64,000 bases of DNA from the NCBI GenBank assembly GCA_002269645.1, contig NIVC01000572.1:310001-374000 (forward strand), written 5' to 3'. The stretch comes from Macrostomum lignano. Lineage: Eukaryota. Position 1 is the stretch's first letter, and each line of letters begins with the position of its first letter. The notes under the pieces were generated by a model. That model searched no databases. It saw only the letters and a list, made by a program, of their open reading frames with translations, and had not been told where the DNA came from. The position numbers were made by a program, and so were the translations under genes. Below, piece after piece: positions 25,402-39,218 of this stretch.

Positions 25402-27305
25402 ATGCATGCAATGCGATTAAAACGACCGTATTATCCGCTGCTAGCAGCTCTGGCAGCTGGCTGGCTCATGGGTGCCCTGACTGTGCTGCTGCTACTGACT
25501 GAACGCGAGGTTGACCTGGTGCCACCTATGCCTGACGACGAGGCGGTCTGGCCCAGTCCAGCTATCGATCCCGGGAACTTCAACTGCGACAACCGGCGCC
25601 GGAGGCCGCTGCAACCAACTGGCGACTTTGCCGCAGGGATGGCCTGGCAACGGATGCGTCAGAACGACTCGATTTACTATTTCGAGCGACCGGGCAAGCT
25701 GCTGCCGATGCTGCGCCCGCTGTCCGAGAAGGAGGCCTCGGCCACCTACAGGGCCTCCGTGGCCAGGTCTTGGCTCGGCACCCAGACACTGGTGATCGCG
25801 GCCACTGTGAGAAATGGCATGCCTAACTTGGAGAACAGTTTGCAGAATATTGGCCGACTGCGGACTCTGTTCAGGCAGAGCTGGGTGCTGCTAGTTGAGA
25901 ACGACTCTGATGATGGCACTAGAGAGAGGCTGCTGCGGCTGGCCAGGCTCGATCCCCGAGTCCGCGTGCTCGGTTGTGGCCAGCCTAACAGCAAATCGCC
26001 ATGCCGAATGAACCAGAGATACCACAGCGGCTCGGCGCACAGGCCCGGCTCCAATATGGAGAGGACAATTGAGGAAGAGGTGCTCTTCGCCTTGCCGCAT
26101 CTTTTATCCCGTAGGGAAAGGGTTGGTGATAAAAGATTCTGGGGTTTTTCACTCTAGAGGATGTTGAGGTCGGTCTCTTGATGCTATGGTGTCTAGAGTG
26201 ATGCTATAGTGTCTAGAGTGATGCTATGGTGTCTAGAGTGATGCTATAGTGTCTAGAGTGATGCTATGGTGTCTAGAGTGATGCTATAGTGTCTAGAGTG
26301 ATGCTATGGTGTCTAGAGTGATGCTATGGTGTCTGGAGTGATGCTATGGTGTCTAGAGTGATGCTATGGTGTCTAGAGTGATGCTATGGTGTCTAGAGTG
26401 ATGCTATGGTGTCTAGAGTGATGCTATGGTGTCTAGAGTGATGCTATGGTGTCTAGAGTGATGCTATGGTGTCTAGAGTGATGCTATGGTGTCTAGAGTG
26501 ATGCTATGGTGTCTAGAGTGATGCTATGGTGTCTAGAGTGGTGCTATGGTGTCTAGAGTGATGCTATGGTGTCTAGAGTGATGATTCACGGTCTCTAAAA
26601 AGTTGATGTCTATAAAGGGATGCTAGGGTCTTTAGTTTAGAGTTTGATAGGGTCTCTGGAGGGATGCTAGGGTCTCCAAGCGATGCTAAGAGGGTCTTTA
26701 AATCTCTAAAACTGTACATGTATTACAGAGGTAAGAATTTTTGTATCCCGGTTTAGATCGATCGCGGCCTGATCATGTCCGTCCTGCGCAACGAGTACCT
26801 GAACCACGCGTACAAACACCTGGGCAGCAGTGCTGACTTTCTATTGATAATCGATCCAGATTTAGCCTGGCACAGCTGGAACCTCAACAGCATTCTGCAA
26901 GGTCTGTACTACTTCAAGACGCGGCCGAAGCTGCAGCAGATGTGCGCTAGCACGGTCAGCTTATACGATGGCAAACTGTACGACCCTTGCACGATTAACT
27001 TCTACAACAACAAGCGCTACGGCGAGGACACAAAGTATCCCTACGTAGACATCGAAAAGTCCATCTTAAAAGGGCCAAGGGACCTGCCACCAGTCAAGAC
27101 TGAGAGCTGTTTTCAAGCGTTCTCGTTCTACCGATTCTCTGTGCTGCAATCGCGGAGGCTGCAATACGAGAGGAGCCACGGCGAGTGGATGTGCGAGCAC
27201 AACACCCTGTCCAGGCAACTGGACGAGGTGTACCTGGACCCGCAGATGCGACTTGGAGTGTCGGACAGTGCGAATTACTATGTCTTAAACAGGAATCTGT
27301 TTTAA
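25402..27305 (+). CDS. Type II membrane GT-A glycosyltransferase resembling the CAP59/CMT1 (GT69-like) family. Exons ~25402-26079 and 26757-27305, ~408 aa
   Basis: N-terminal TM YYPLLAALAAGWLMGALTVLLLL; motifs LVIAATVRN, LLVENDSDDGTRERL, IMSVLRNEYL, FLLIIDPDL and LYDP. The acceptor gtttag at 26756 is in phase 0. The donor (GAG|GTGCTC at 26080) is weak, so that junction is uncertain. Confidence 0.75.
26180..26583. repeat. 20-bp minisatellite (GATGCTATGGTGTCTAGAGT) in the glycosyltransferase intron
   Basis: About 20 nearly identical copies. Confidence 0.97.
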
Positions 27306-28467
27306 GGCAGATCGGCTTTTCATTTGACAGATCTTGTAGATCTTGTCACTGTAAGAAATTTGTGTCTGGTCTGTACCTACCCACAGAATATTAAAAATAG
27401 ACAAAGTAACCTGTTGTAAGCTGAGAGTGACTGAGTGAGTGGCCCCTGAGTGACTCCTTTCTTTTCTCTTCTTTCCTCTCTCACCTGGCCCGCCATTAGC
27501 TGGATTATTTATTTGGCCCTTGCTTGAAGTAAACATTTTGCCGAGCCCAGGCTTAAGTAAGGCGTAGTTCTGTTTCCTTTAGACACAGGCAGTCAAGGCA
27601 ATTTGTCCGTCTTTTAATGAGTGACAAATGCAAAGCTACTGTAAAATGATTAATCGATTCAAAGGAATCAAAAGTTCGAGAAATAGGATTCGCGTCGTGC
27701 CACGGCTAACAATTGTGCTTGACACGCTTGCTTCATTTAGAATTTGAAGTAACTTGCACTGAATGTAACTCGTGTAGCTATATTTGTTATTGTAAATCTC
27801 TGCTTTTAATGCGCACTGCCCTATTTAAGAACGCAATGCTTCCTTGAGGAAATCTTTATCAAAACATTGAAGTAACTGGTAAGACTGCTATTTAATTTTT
27901 TGAGTTTCAATACTCACAATAAATTAATATTGATGGCTATTAGAAGTTTGAATTTAATAAGACAGGCCATGTGAATACATTGCTAATAATAAACTGTATT
28001 CTGTATATACTGCAAAACAAATGATAATAACAATATGCAGACACAGCAAAGCAAAACAGCAGCACATGATGAGCAGCAGTTTTAACAACTTAAAGTACTA
28101 CTTAATAAAAAAGCAAAGCTCAATAAAGCATATCATAGAATAAAGATTAATTATTGCACCAACCACAGATGCTAGAATACCTAAATGTCACTCAAAAATG
28201 CGCTAATCTTGTCTTTGTTTCAATACCAACAATCTACTATGGCTTTCTACAAGCAGACGCATTAAATTAGCGTATTCATCTTGCTTTACCCACTCTAGGC
28301 TGCATTAGGCTCGAAATCATTTAACAGAAATCAATTAAGGACTGAAGATTGGGCCTAGCTATCAAGAAAAAGGGGGTGGCGCTTGAGACACCAGCCAGAC
28401 CGATAAATAATTGGGATTTTCTCTTGCAAGCGTGTCTGACATTGACCTCTTTTCTTACAGCTATCTT

Positions 28468-28734
28468 ATTGGCTGAGCTAGATTGGGCCAGCCCCTAGAC
28501 TGAGTTTCGTCCGTCTTGACTTCCCCTCTCTCCTTACTGCTCTCTCATTGGCTGAGCTAGATTGGGCCTGCCCCCCCTAGGCTGAGTTTCGTTCGTCTTG
28601 ACTTCCCCTCTCTCCTAACTGCTCTCTCATTGGCTGAGCCAGATTGGGCCTGCCCCCTAGACTGAGTTTCGTCCGTCTTGACTTCTCCTCTCTCCTTACT
28701 GCTCTCTCATTGGCTGAGCTAGATTGGGCCTGCC
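28468..28734. repeat. ~80-bp tandem repeat, 3.3 copies, each with reverse CCAAT motifs
   Basis: Units start at 28468, 28547, 28629 and 28709 with ATTGGCTGAGCTAGATTGGGCC. Confidence 0.9.
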
Positions 28735-29244
28735 GAAGCCTGAGACCACAAATCCGAAAGGAAAGATTTCTAGCTGACACATTGAATTTCTGCGCAGATA
28801 GACTACTGAAAAAGAGTAGACGCTCAAATTTTTACCAGATTAAATTGTGAGTGACCATATCCAGTTTATTCTGGTTTCTCTGGCACCAAAGGAAGTACTT
28901 AATAAAGACAGGCGAAAATCAGCTATCAATAAAAAGTACACACAAAAAGAGCCAATACAACCATATGTTGAAAAATTTTCGGCTAATTCTTATGTAATGA
29001 AAATATTAAAGTGTCAAAAACTGCAAAACTATATTTATTATTATTACAAAGATGAGATTAAAAGCAGGCTGACAGCGACTGAAAAAATTAAATAAATAAA
29101 CTAACACCGAGATTAAGGTAGGTTGAAGACAAGGATATGAACTATTAAGTGTAAATAAATAAGTCTAATATAATCTGATCTGTATATTAGACATAAGTTT
29201 CTAGGGCATAGTGGATTTGGAGGCAAATATGATGGGGGATTAAT

Positions 29245-29970
29245 GGGGCGGGTGGATCAGATGGTGGATTAAAGGAGGGGCGGATCAGATGGTGGATTAA
29301 AGGAGGGGCGGATCAGATGGTGGATTAAAGGGGGGCGGATCAGATGGTGGATTAAAGGGGGGCGGATCAGATGGTGGATTAAAGGGGGCGGATCAGATGA
29401 TGGATTAAAGGGGGGCGGATCAGATGATGGATTAAAGGGGGCGGATCAGATGGTGGATTAAAGGGGGCGGATCAGATGGTGGATTAAAGGGGGGCGGATC
29501 AGATGGTGGATTAAAGGGGGGCGGATCAGATGGTGGATTAAAGGGGGCGGATCAGATGGTGGATTAAAGGGGGGCGGATTAGATGGTGATTGGTGGATTA
29601 AAGGGGCGGATCAGATGGTGGATTAAAGGGGGGCGGATCAGGTGGTGGATTAAGGGGGGGGGGCGGATCAGATGGTGGATTAAAGGGGGGCGGATCAGAT
29701 GGTGGATTAAAGGGGGGCAGATCAGATGGTGGATTAAAGGGGGGCGGATCAGATGGTGGATTAAAGGGGGGCGGATCAGATGGTGGATTAAAGGGGGCGG
29801 ATTAGATGGTGATTGGTGGATTAAAGGGGCGGATCAGATGGTGGATTAAAGGGGGCGGATCAGGTGGTGGATTAAAGGGGGGCGGATCAGATGGTGGATT
29901 AAAGGGGGGCGGATCAGATGGTGGATTAAAGGGGGGCAGATCAGATGGTGGATTAAAGGAGGGCGGATCA
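29245..29970. repeat. ~27-bp G-rich minisatellite (GGCGGATCAGATGGTGGATTAAAGGGG)
   Basis: Directly visible, with variable G-run length. Confidence 0.95.
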
Positions 29971-30282
29971 AATCTCAGATTAGATAAGAAGGCGGACAGA
30001 AAATTGAAGCCAGGCCAGCAGCTGCAGAAAGGCGACTCTAATAAGCCAATAAAAATGAATTTATTAGACAGAGAAAATTTCATGTCACATTAAGAAAACT
30101 ATTCTTAACAGATAAAAACTGATAACAAACGAGCTGGCGTAATGCGAGTGAATTGCACAATAACTTGATATAAACAAATAACAATAAAGATACGAAAGAC
30201 ATTAATAATAAGACATTAATGTAAAAACAACAGAGTTGCCAAGCAAACTGCAAACTAATCCAGTGACATTTCTAGCAATCAA

Positions 30283-32414
30283 TCACACCAGCAGCTGACG
30301 GGTGAGCAGACTTTTCCTTTGTTCTCTAAACTGATCGCCCACCTCGAAATCTTCTCTGCTGACTGAGTCATCGCCAGATTGGTCAGCCGGAGATGAAGAA
30401 GGAAGCTGAGAAAATCGCTGCTGCTGCTGCTGCTGAGATGCCTCGTTTGAGCTGACGGATCTGCCAGTCGGGCCGAGCTGACATTCAAAGTTATTATCAA
30501 ATGGCTCGTTAATGGGGATATTCGATGAGAACGGGATATCACTAAATAGGGATATTTAAGAATGAGATATCTGTAAATGGCAATATTTGAGGAGAATGGG
30601 ATACATGTAAATAGGGATATTTGACAATGGGATACCGGTAAATAGGGATATTTGACAATGGGATATCGGTAAATAGGGATATTTGACAATGGGATATCGG
30701 TAAATAGGGATATTTGACAATGGGATATCGGTAAATAGGGATAATTTCAGAGAACGGGATATCGATAAAATGGGGATATTTGAGAATGGGATATCGGTAA
30801 ATGAAGATATTTGAGAATGGGATATCAGTAAGTGGAGGATATTTGAGAATGGGATATCAGTAAGTGGAGGATATTTGAGAATGGGATATCGGTAAATGAA
30901 GATATTTGAGAATAGGATATCAGTAAGTGGGGGATATTTGAGAATAGGATATCAGTAAGTGGGGGATATTTGAGAATGGGATATCAGTAAGTGGGGGATA
31001 TTTGAGAATGAGATATCAGTAAGTGGGGGATATTTGAGAATGGGATATCAGTAAGTGGGGGATATTTGAGAATGGGATATCAGTAAGTGGGGGATATTTG
31101 AGAATGGGATATCAGTAAGTGGGGGATATTTGAGAATGGGATATCGGTAAATGGGGATATTTGAGAATGGGATATCGGTAAATGGGGATATTTGAGAATA
31201 AGATATCAGTAAGTGGGGGATATTTGAGCAGAATAGGACATCCGAAAAATGCTCACAGTAAGTGAGTTATAGCTAGCCGACTCGTCCAGTTCGCTGATTG
31301 AGCCAACACCGCCGCGGTTGCGCAGGGCTCGCAGGAACAAGCCGGCCACTTGGAAAACGTTCTTACCAACGCAATGGTCACAGAGGACGCAGGCCAATAG
31401 CAGGCCCCAGCACAGTAGCACAGTTAGGCCACTGAGCGCTTGCAGAGCGGTAAGCAGCTGCCTTGGTTGCGGCTGAGTCCATGACACCGCCAGCGGCGGC
31501 AGAGCGACTGAGTGCAGCAGCAGACACAGCAGGCAGTGGCAGCGGTACATGCGCAGCTAATGGGGGGGGGACGAATTCGGGGCCATTGCGTACTTTGTTT
31601 TAATTCCACTAACAGCAGATGCCTAGCTGTCTTTGTTAGAAAATTTATATAAGAAAAAACTCACAGCAATGGTTCTCGAGGTTCGCGCATAGCTCAAAGC
31701 CAAAATACTTAATAGTAACATCTGAAGAAGTAGAAGAGAAACAGATCGCAAAAAAGTTATTAGGCGACTCTAGCGACTTTGGGGCGACTCTAGCGACTTG
31801 CGAGTTGCTGGATCGTAAGTAGCGAAAAATTCGTCATAGAGTGGTTGTGTTAGCGCTTACTCGCTTCTGCTAACTCAAGTAGACTAAATAGAGTTGTTTT
31901 CTAGAGTCACTGAATCGCAAAACTTCCGGGACCAATTTTGGTGCTCAAGCCCCCAATGAATGTGGAATCACAAGAGAAGTTGAATTTGTGAGCGGCTTAC
32001 TCCAAGTAACTCAAGACAATCCGAATAAGCGGGTCTTATTCAACCTACCAAAATTGCGCACCACAATGGGAAGCCAAAGGCGCCTGACACATCAAACGCT
32101 GACCAATTAACGTTCACTACAGTCGTATTAGCCTCACTAATCCGATTCAGTTCGTTAAAACTATTAGCCCGAATGGCAACGCTGGCAGACCAGAAGCTAA
32201 AGCCAATCAGAGCCAAACACAGCTGCATCCAGCCTAGCAATGGAGGCACCCGCGATCCAACCCGAGACCCGATTATCAATAAGCTGTCATCGTCAATATC
32301 GCAGTCGCCGCTATTGCTGGAACTGCGCCATAGCCGGTATGGCTGGTGCGACGACTGCTGCTGAGATGGCAGCTCGTGAGCAGGCAAAAACAGGACATCC
32401 TCCGGCTGATGCTC
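30283..32414 (-). CDS. Four-TM membrane protein, MS4A/CD20-like. Exons 32414-32049, 31556-31257 and 30477-30283; first exon not located
   Basis: LLGWMQLCLALIGFSFW (TM1) and GFPLWCAIL (cf. MS4A GxPxW), then two further hydrophobic segments in exon 2. All junctions are GT-AG phase 0. The tail is LGPTGRSV...LLTRQLLV*. Confidence 0.6.
30590..31228. repeat. 31-32-bp minisatellite (GGGATATTTGAGAAT + GGGATATCAGTAAGTGG subunits) in an intron
   Basis: Directly visible; the unit is a dimer of two related half-units. Confidence 0.93.
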
Positions 32415-32769
32415 CTGAAAATTCCAAATCTAAGAATCATATCCAGCCAAAACAGAATGCAAACAAAGGTGTAAAAGCACCTGCAAATTTTATAACCAAA
32501 CTCAAGTTCTTTTTTTAATTCCTGATATTTAAAAAGGCTCAAGATTTTTGCATGTATTCTGAAATCTGAGGCCATAGTCAAACAAAAACTTGTTAATAGT
32601 TAGTAGGATAGAGGTAAACATAAAATGGAGTACAATCATGTAAAATTAGGATTTGAGGCAAACATTTGATATTGTTGGCTGGGGTACCGCGCAGAATATC
32701 AGGCATTGGCAAACTCTGGCCTCTGTCTCTGACTCTCCCTAAGTCCCTTGGATCCATTGCAACTTTTGT

Positions 32770-33122
32770 CTTCTTTTCTGTTCCCTCTTCTCTCTCGTCC
32801 CTTGCCTCTCCTCTCTTTTCTCTCATCTCTCCTTTCTTCTCTTTTATCTCTTCTCAATTCTCTCTGCTCTCTTTACTCTCTCTCCCCTCTTCTCACTCCT
32901 CACTCTCCGCTCTCTCAACACTTCCCTAATCTCTCCTCTCTCCTTTCTACAATCATCTCTCTAATCTCGATCCTCTCTCCTATCTATTCTTTACCTATTT
33001 CGTCTCATCTCTTCTCTCTCATCTCTAATTTGTACTCTTCTATTTATCATCTCTCCTCTCTTCTATTCTCTCTACTTTCTCTTCTTTACTCTCTTATCTC
33101 TTAACTCTCTCGTCTCTACTCT

Positions 33123-33217
<95 letters not shown>

Positions 33218-33800
33218 ACTCTCCCATCTCTCGTCTGTTCACTCTTGTCTCTGCTCTCTTATCTCCCCTCTCTTATCTGTCATCTTTACTCTCTCTCTGT
33301 TCTCTCACCTCTCTCCTCTGTACTCTTTTCCCCCCTCTTTTGACTCCTCTCTTTCCTTTCTCCTTTCTTCTCTTCTCTTCCCTCTTCTATATTCCCTCCC
33401 TCTCGTGTCTCCTTTCTTCTCTCTCCACCCTCCTCTCTCCTCATTCAGTTCTCATCTTTCATTTATCATCTCTCCTTACACCTCTCTCATCTCTACAACC
33501 TTATCTCTTCTTTCTTCCCCTCTCATCTCTCCTTTCACTTCTTTCCTCTCTCCCCTCTTCGCTCTCCCTCTTATCACATCTACTTTCTCCTCTCGCCCCT
33601 CTTTTCTTTATCCCTCCTCTCCCTCCCTTCTTCTCTCCCCCTTTTTCTCACTTTTCTCCTCCCTCTTCTTCCCGCCCCTCTCTCATCGTCCTCATCCCTT
33701 GTCTCTCCTATTATATTCTATCTTTTCTCTTATCCTTTTCTCGCCTCTCATTTCTTTTCTAATCGTCTATTCTATTCCTCTTCTTTCCACTCTCACCTGC
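32770..33800. repeat. ~1 kb polypyrimidine/polypurine tract with a pure (CT)n core at ~33130-33210
   Basis: The plus strand is overwhelmingly C/T, with only scattered purines. Confidence 0.95.
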
Positions 33801-34329
33801 CCCTCAACCATGAGCTGGATTCTTTGGAGGTCTGGAGGTAAAAAGTCTGACCATCCCTGCTTGGAAAGCCAGTTTGTGGGACGTAGTAACTCTCATGATT
33901 GTTCTCATGCTTTGATCATGCCATCTTTCTGGCCAATTCGCAATCCTGAAAGGAATTTGTGTATCTTCAGCCCCACTGCAGTCATCAGTCTAACAACCAA
34001 GGAAATACGCATTTCTTAGGCCATTTAAATTTTAAAGTACCTTTAAGAGAAACTTAAATTTTCCATGGTGTGACTAATTTAGTAGGATTTCATAAATTTC
34101 ATAAATCGCTTTTTCATAAATCTTTCACTTTTACAAACCATGCTGGATTGGATTGCCTTGATTTGCCATCCACTGATAAACTGCATGGCTGCTAAACGTA
34201 GCCTCTCCACTCGCGGGGTGCAGAGAAGGCTTTAAAAATTTATTCCAAAACACTGTACATTTGCTATGTACACTGAGCCCTATCGCCTGACCCTTTGTCT
34301 GAGCTGGGGGGATTCGGGGGAATGAGTGA

Positions 34330-34981
34330 GTGAGTGGCACAAACAACAAAAAGCAGACAAACTTCACATGCTTACAGTTTCTGTTCTGATTGAGTTACAG
34401 AGTTGAAACTTTACATTAAGACAGAGACAGTCAATGAAAAATTGTGTCAAGTTTTAAGTCAATTGCTTTATGTGGACTAAACTTATGGAAGCTGAAAGTT
34501 AGTCAATTTTAAAACCCCTTTTACACATCTGGGCCCAGATCGGGAAAGAGGCAGGTGGGCAGAGGTTGGGGTGGCTGTCTTGTTGACAAAAACAGCCTAC
34601 AGCGCTGTAAAGTGCACAGCGCTGTTCAAGATTAACTTTGAGACTCGACATTTTACACCATTGTGTCAAAATAGTTGAAAATTGTCCATGTCAAATTTGA
34701 AGAGGATTGGTGGAAGTGGAGCCGCACTATGGAGGATTTAGTGAAAAATTGCACATTTTGAGCAGTTTTTTGCACTTTTAGGTAGGAAGACTTAAGTTTA
34801 GGAAATTTTAAAGTAGCCTAAGACATTCTCCATAGTGAGTTTAGGGTGGGTGCATAATTAGTGCAATTTGGTTGAGCAGTTTGGGAGTCCATAGCGAATG
34901 AAATTATCCACAGATTGACAGACACACACACACACACACACACACAGATACACACAGAGTTTTGATTTTTATATGTAGAGA
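34330..34981 (-). mobile_element. Non-autonomous Helitron/Helentron-like element
   Basis: Minus strand begins A|TCTCTACATATAAAAATC, then (GT)n-CTGTC and CTCAACCAAATTGCAC. This layout is typical of short rolling-circle elements. The 3' end is not defined. Confidence 0.5.
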
Positions 34982-37900
34982 TAAATAGATTTTATGACTT
35001 CTAATGACTACTAATCATTGCATAAAATATGACAAAAACAATATTGTTTTGTATTTTATCATATGGGTAGTTGTACTTGATATTGATATTGTTATAATAA
35101 ATTTCTAATTAAGTTATTCTTAAGCATGTGAAATAATTTTGTGCATTTTTTGTATATGTATGCAATACAAAATTGACCTATTTTAGGAAATAAAAAAAGA
35201 GACAAATAGAAAGAAATAGAAAAAAGAAATTGTTAAAGAAAACATAACAATAAGCAATAAAAAAAGGAAAAACCAAAATAGTTAGGCCTATGTAAACTAT
35301 TGATAAACTAAGTCATTTTTATCTTAAAACTAAATAGCACAGCCAAACTATATACTAATTTTGTGCTATTGTCTTTTTGTTGTTGATTTTCTTGACTTGA
35401 GAACCATCTGGCCAAAAAATTATTTATATGAATCCTATATACCTTAAAATCTTAGCAATTCTCCCTAAGCTTTGATATCTTAACAACTCCCCTAATAAGC
35501 CGTGGCTGTGGCATACAATAATTATAGTCATTTTAGCAACAATTTTTGGTAACATGTTTTTAAAAGAAGCAAAAATCACTCCAATGACAAAAATATTACC
35601 TTTTGGTAATAGCCATTGTGGCTTCAACTAAAAATTATCTTGCTAATCTTAAGTAAGTGATATGAAACCTAAAATTGCAGAGGCTTGCTAAAATGGCATT
35701 AAGTGTCATTTTATTTAATTTTACTTATTTATTATTACAGAGTTGTGATCTTTTGTATTAGTTAAATTGGCCAATTTTTTGAGCATTTCTCCATGCTTAT
35801 TTGGAAGGCATTTTGAATATATAATTCTTTTGATAGAATTTTTCAAGTATATAAATTATAAATCTTAAAATAACTATAAAGTACAAATATTATAAAGTGC
35901 CTTCTACCACAAAAATGACCAACTTATCCAAATCTTACATTTTTTATCAAAGGTAAACTGTCTGTCATCCCTATTAGAATAAGTCTTCATTTTTGTATCT
36001 AGCATACCTAAGAAAATGTAATAGGTGCAAACTTGGGCAGATTTACATATGCATAGGCACATGCATATCTAAAGAATAGATACATATGCATATCAGCATA
36101 ATGTGCATCTGCATGCACATAAGCTAATGACCTATGTGCACAAATGAATATATGTGTATATAAGCAATATATTACCAATTATATTGATAATTTAGTTATT
36201 AATTAATTTTTTAACTATTAGTTTTAGGCTTACTAATAATAATGATGATAACAATCAATTATACTCGCCCTAATTGAGCCAGATATGCAGCTGACAGCTT
36301 AGCTATAGCTATTATATGGCAAATCTGAAGGCTGTATATAGTTATTTAGTCAAGGACTAAGGCTAGGAGTTGCTATACACTTTTAATTATCCTAGGCCTA
36401 GCTAATACTAATACTTTATAGCTAAGTGAACTGAAGCAATATAGAGTTAAGCATCATGCTCAAAGACACTACTGTTTTAGTGGGATAGGATCCCAAATTG
36501 AATTTCCTAACTTTCAAGTTTAGGCCTAGGATTGTATAATAATATATGTTGGAAAGAAATCTGCAAAGCTAATAATTATGTATGCCAATAGACTTATATT
36601 GCATACAAGAATATAGCAAGACAAAAACAAAAACAACAACCTAAATTTTAAACTTGCAATGCAAACATTAGGGCTTAAATATATGCAAAAATAGATTAAT
36701 AAAAACTTTTTTATTAATCTATTATAAATCTATTATTAATTAATAAGAACTATTTTTGTAATATAATTAGGCCCATTTTTGTTACCAAGAAATACCAATT
36801 CAAGGCTTCTCTATATACTAATTTTTATACTAAGGTCCAATGGCTATCTTCTCGAAATGTTTGTTTAATTCCAACCCCCAACCCCCCCCCCCCCCACCAC
36901 CCTTGAATAGAGGACGAAATAATTCTGGAAATAACTAAACGAACAATTTGAGAAGATTGCCGGTCCAATCATATGCCTAATGCTAGATCATTCTAATTTA
37001 TATACTCATTTCTTGTGTATATATAGCCCTAATCCTTAGTTTGGTCTAGGTTATAAGCCCAATATTCTAACAAACTAGGCCTATTAAGCTAGGCCTACTA
37101 GGCTACTACATCTTACTTACAATGTACTTCAAGTAAGGTCTGCTTGATCTTTGTTAATTTTTTTTAAATATTAAATTTCTTTACTGGCTTTAGAATAAAG
37201 CAATTTCCTAACCTTAATAGGCCTATATGCTATAGTTTGGAAGGCAACATGCTAGGATTTCCTGGCATACAACAATGGTCTTACTATTTTTCAGTATACA
37301 TCACGGTATATCCCAACGTACAATCGTACATGACATAGTAGATATATTGAATCTGCATTTTTGAATTGGCGCACAAACCCAGCATACAAATGATGTCTTG
37401 TCATTTTTACAGCTTTAAACCTGGTATACACTAATAAATACACAATACAAACAATGACATATATATACCTTATTAGTTTGGAAGGCAATATGTATAAACG
37501 GACGAGCACTTTGTAAGCTGTTGAAAAACCTGCGGATCTTGAACGATGCTCTTACAAGCGGAAAATAAACAAAAAACTTTGTTGAATTTCTCATGGCGCA
37601 CTAAAAAATGCCATACGACAAAAACTAGCAAACGTGATACCTATTATCGCTCTGATTTGTTTATATAGCTAATAATTAATATTTATGTTTCCGGTGTTTT
37701 TAATTCTTAAATACAAACGGTTTTGTGACAGTATAATTCGTAATTTCGTAGAAGCATCTGTATCGTATTTCTTTATCTCACTTGCATACCGTACTACTAA
37801 CTGTATTCTTTCATTTATTTTAACAATATTCCATACGTATTATTATCGCGCTTCTGTTACTGGCAAATGCCTTATTTTTTGTAGCCTCGTATGTATTTAT

Positions 37901-39218
37901 TCTATATTTGTATTTCATTCATATCGTTATTATTTCTCGTAAAGTACTTCCATCACTGACGTTATGGTATTCTTGCACGATATATTTTATCGATTAATTT
38001 GTACATGTACATTGCACGTGGGGGGGGGCAATTGTCTGGGTTTTGGAGGGGTGTTGTTGTTATCTGTTTACCTACCAATTAATTAAGTGGCAAGTCACAT
38101 TCCAAACTGCAAAGCGAGCGAGACACATTTTAGTACCACAATAGAACACGAGATTCTGTTTAAATATATGCTTATACTGCAGTCAGCGGCCGCTCTCGCC
38201 CTTCCCTCCCTCGTTGCTTCGCTTCTCGCTCTAGGCCACAGATACTAGAACAACTAGTTCTAGTTCTAGTATCTGTTCTAGTTGTTCTAGTATCTGTGGT
38301 TCTGCCTCAGAGGAGGCAGCTGGGTCCTGGCGCACGTGATTCCCCATAAACACGAGCCCAGCGTACAATGATAAAATCATTGCACTTTGGACTAAAGAAG
38401 GAAGAGGGCCCATCATATGACTAGCTCACATGACAGGGGGAAAAGGCCCACAAGTGAAATCACTCGTGCCCTTGAGACCGGAAAACAGGAAGGCACTCCA
38501 AATTTGGAGGTGCCTAACAGAGAACGAAACAGATCGAGGCACGCCCAGACCAATTGCTGTCTGGGCACTGCAAAACGGGAACACGAGACAAAAGGGGCAA
38601 GCGAAAACAAACAGACAGACAGACAAACGGGCAAGGGACAGGCCAAAGGACAGGCAAGAAGGGACAGGCAACTGCCCAGCGGCAGACAGAAGCCTGGGGC
38701 GAGAGCGAGGTAAACAGCTGACTAGTGCGGCGTCTAACTAAACTAGCGACTCACTACACATGTACATTTTTACATACATGTAAGAAATTGTTTGTTTTGG
38801 TGTTACATGTAAATTAAAAACACATATTTTAGCTATCTACATGTACACTCCCAAGTTCCTACTAAAGTTAATAAGGCTAAAATAGGCTGTTCTTTGTTGC
38901 TGATTCTGTGGCAATTGTTTATCGATCCAGGCGTACTCATTTTAGTATATACAACATGTAAATTTACTGAGTTGTTTGTGCTTAGCGCAATAGCTAATGT
39001 TTGAGCCAACTCTGATTTACAGTACAGTATACGATCACCTGGCACTTCGACGCAAATTGAATAACTATAGTCTGAAAAAGTACTGTTGCATGACCTTTAT
39101 AGTCTGATTATAGTTATAGTTTTTAGATTTTTATTTATTAATATTTATTTTAACAGGCATCTACTTGTAACATATAACATTGTATATACTACATGTGATT
39201 GTAAGGACTGTGTTGTAA

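Noticed and set aside
28468-28734. CRISPR-like repeat-spacer array
   Set aside because: Whole units are repeated with no unique spacers, there are no cas genes, and the context is eukaryotic. The same applies to the 20-32-bp arrays.
32748-34019. Leu/Ser-rich 'membrane protein' ORFs
   Set aside because: Artefacts of the polypyrimidine tract.
38180-38760. GC-richer island with short ORFs and partial inverted ends (CGCTCTCGCCC / GGGCGAGAGCG)
   Set aside because: Probably a repeat fragment, but no TSD, protein motif or second copy in the window supports a call.
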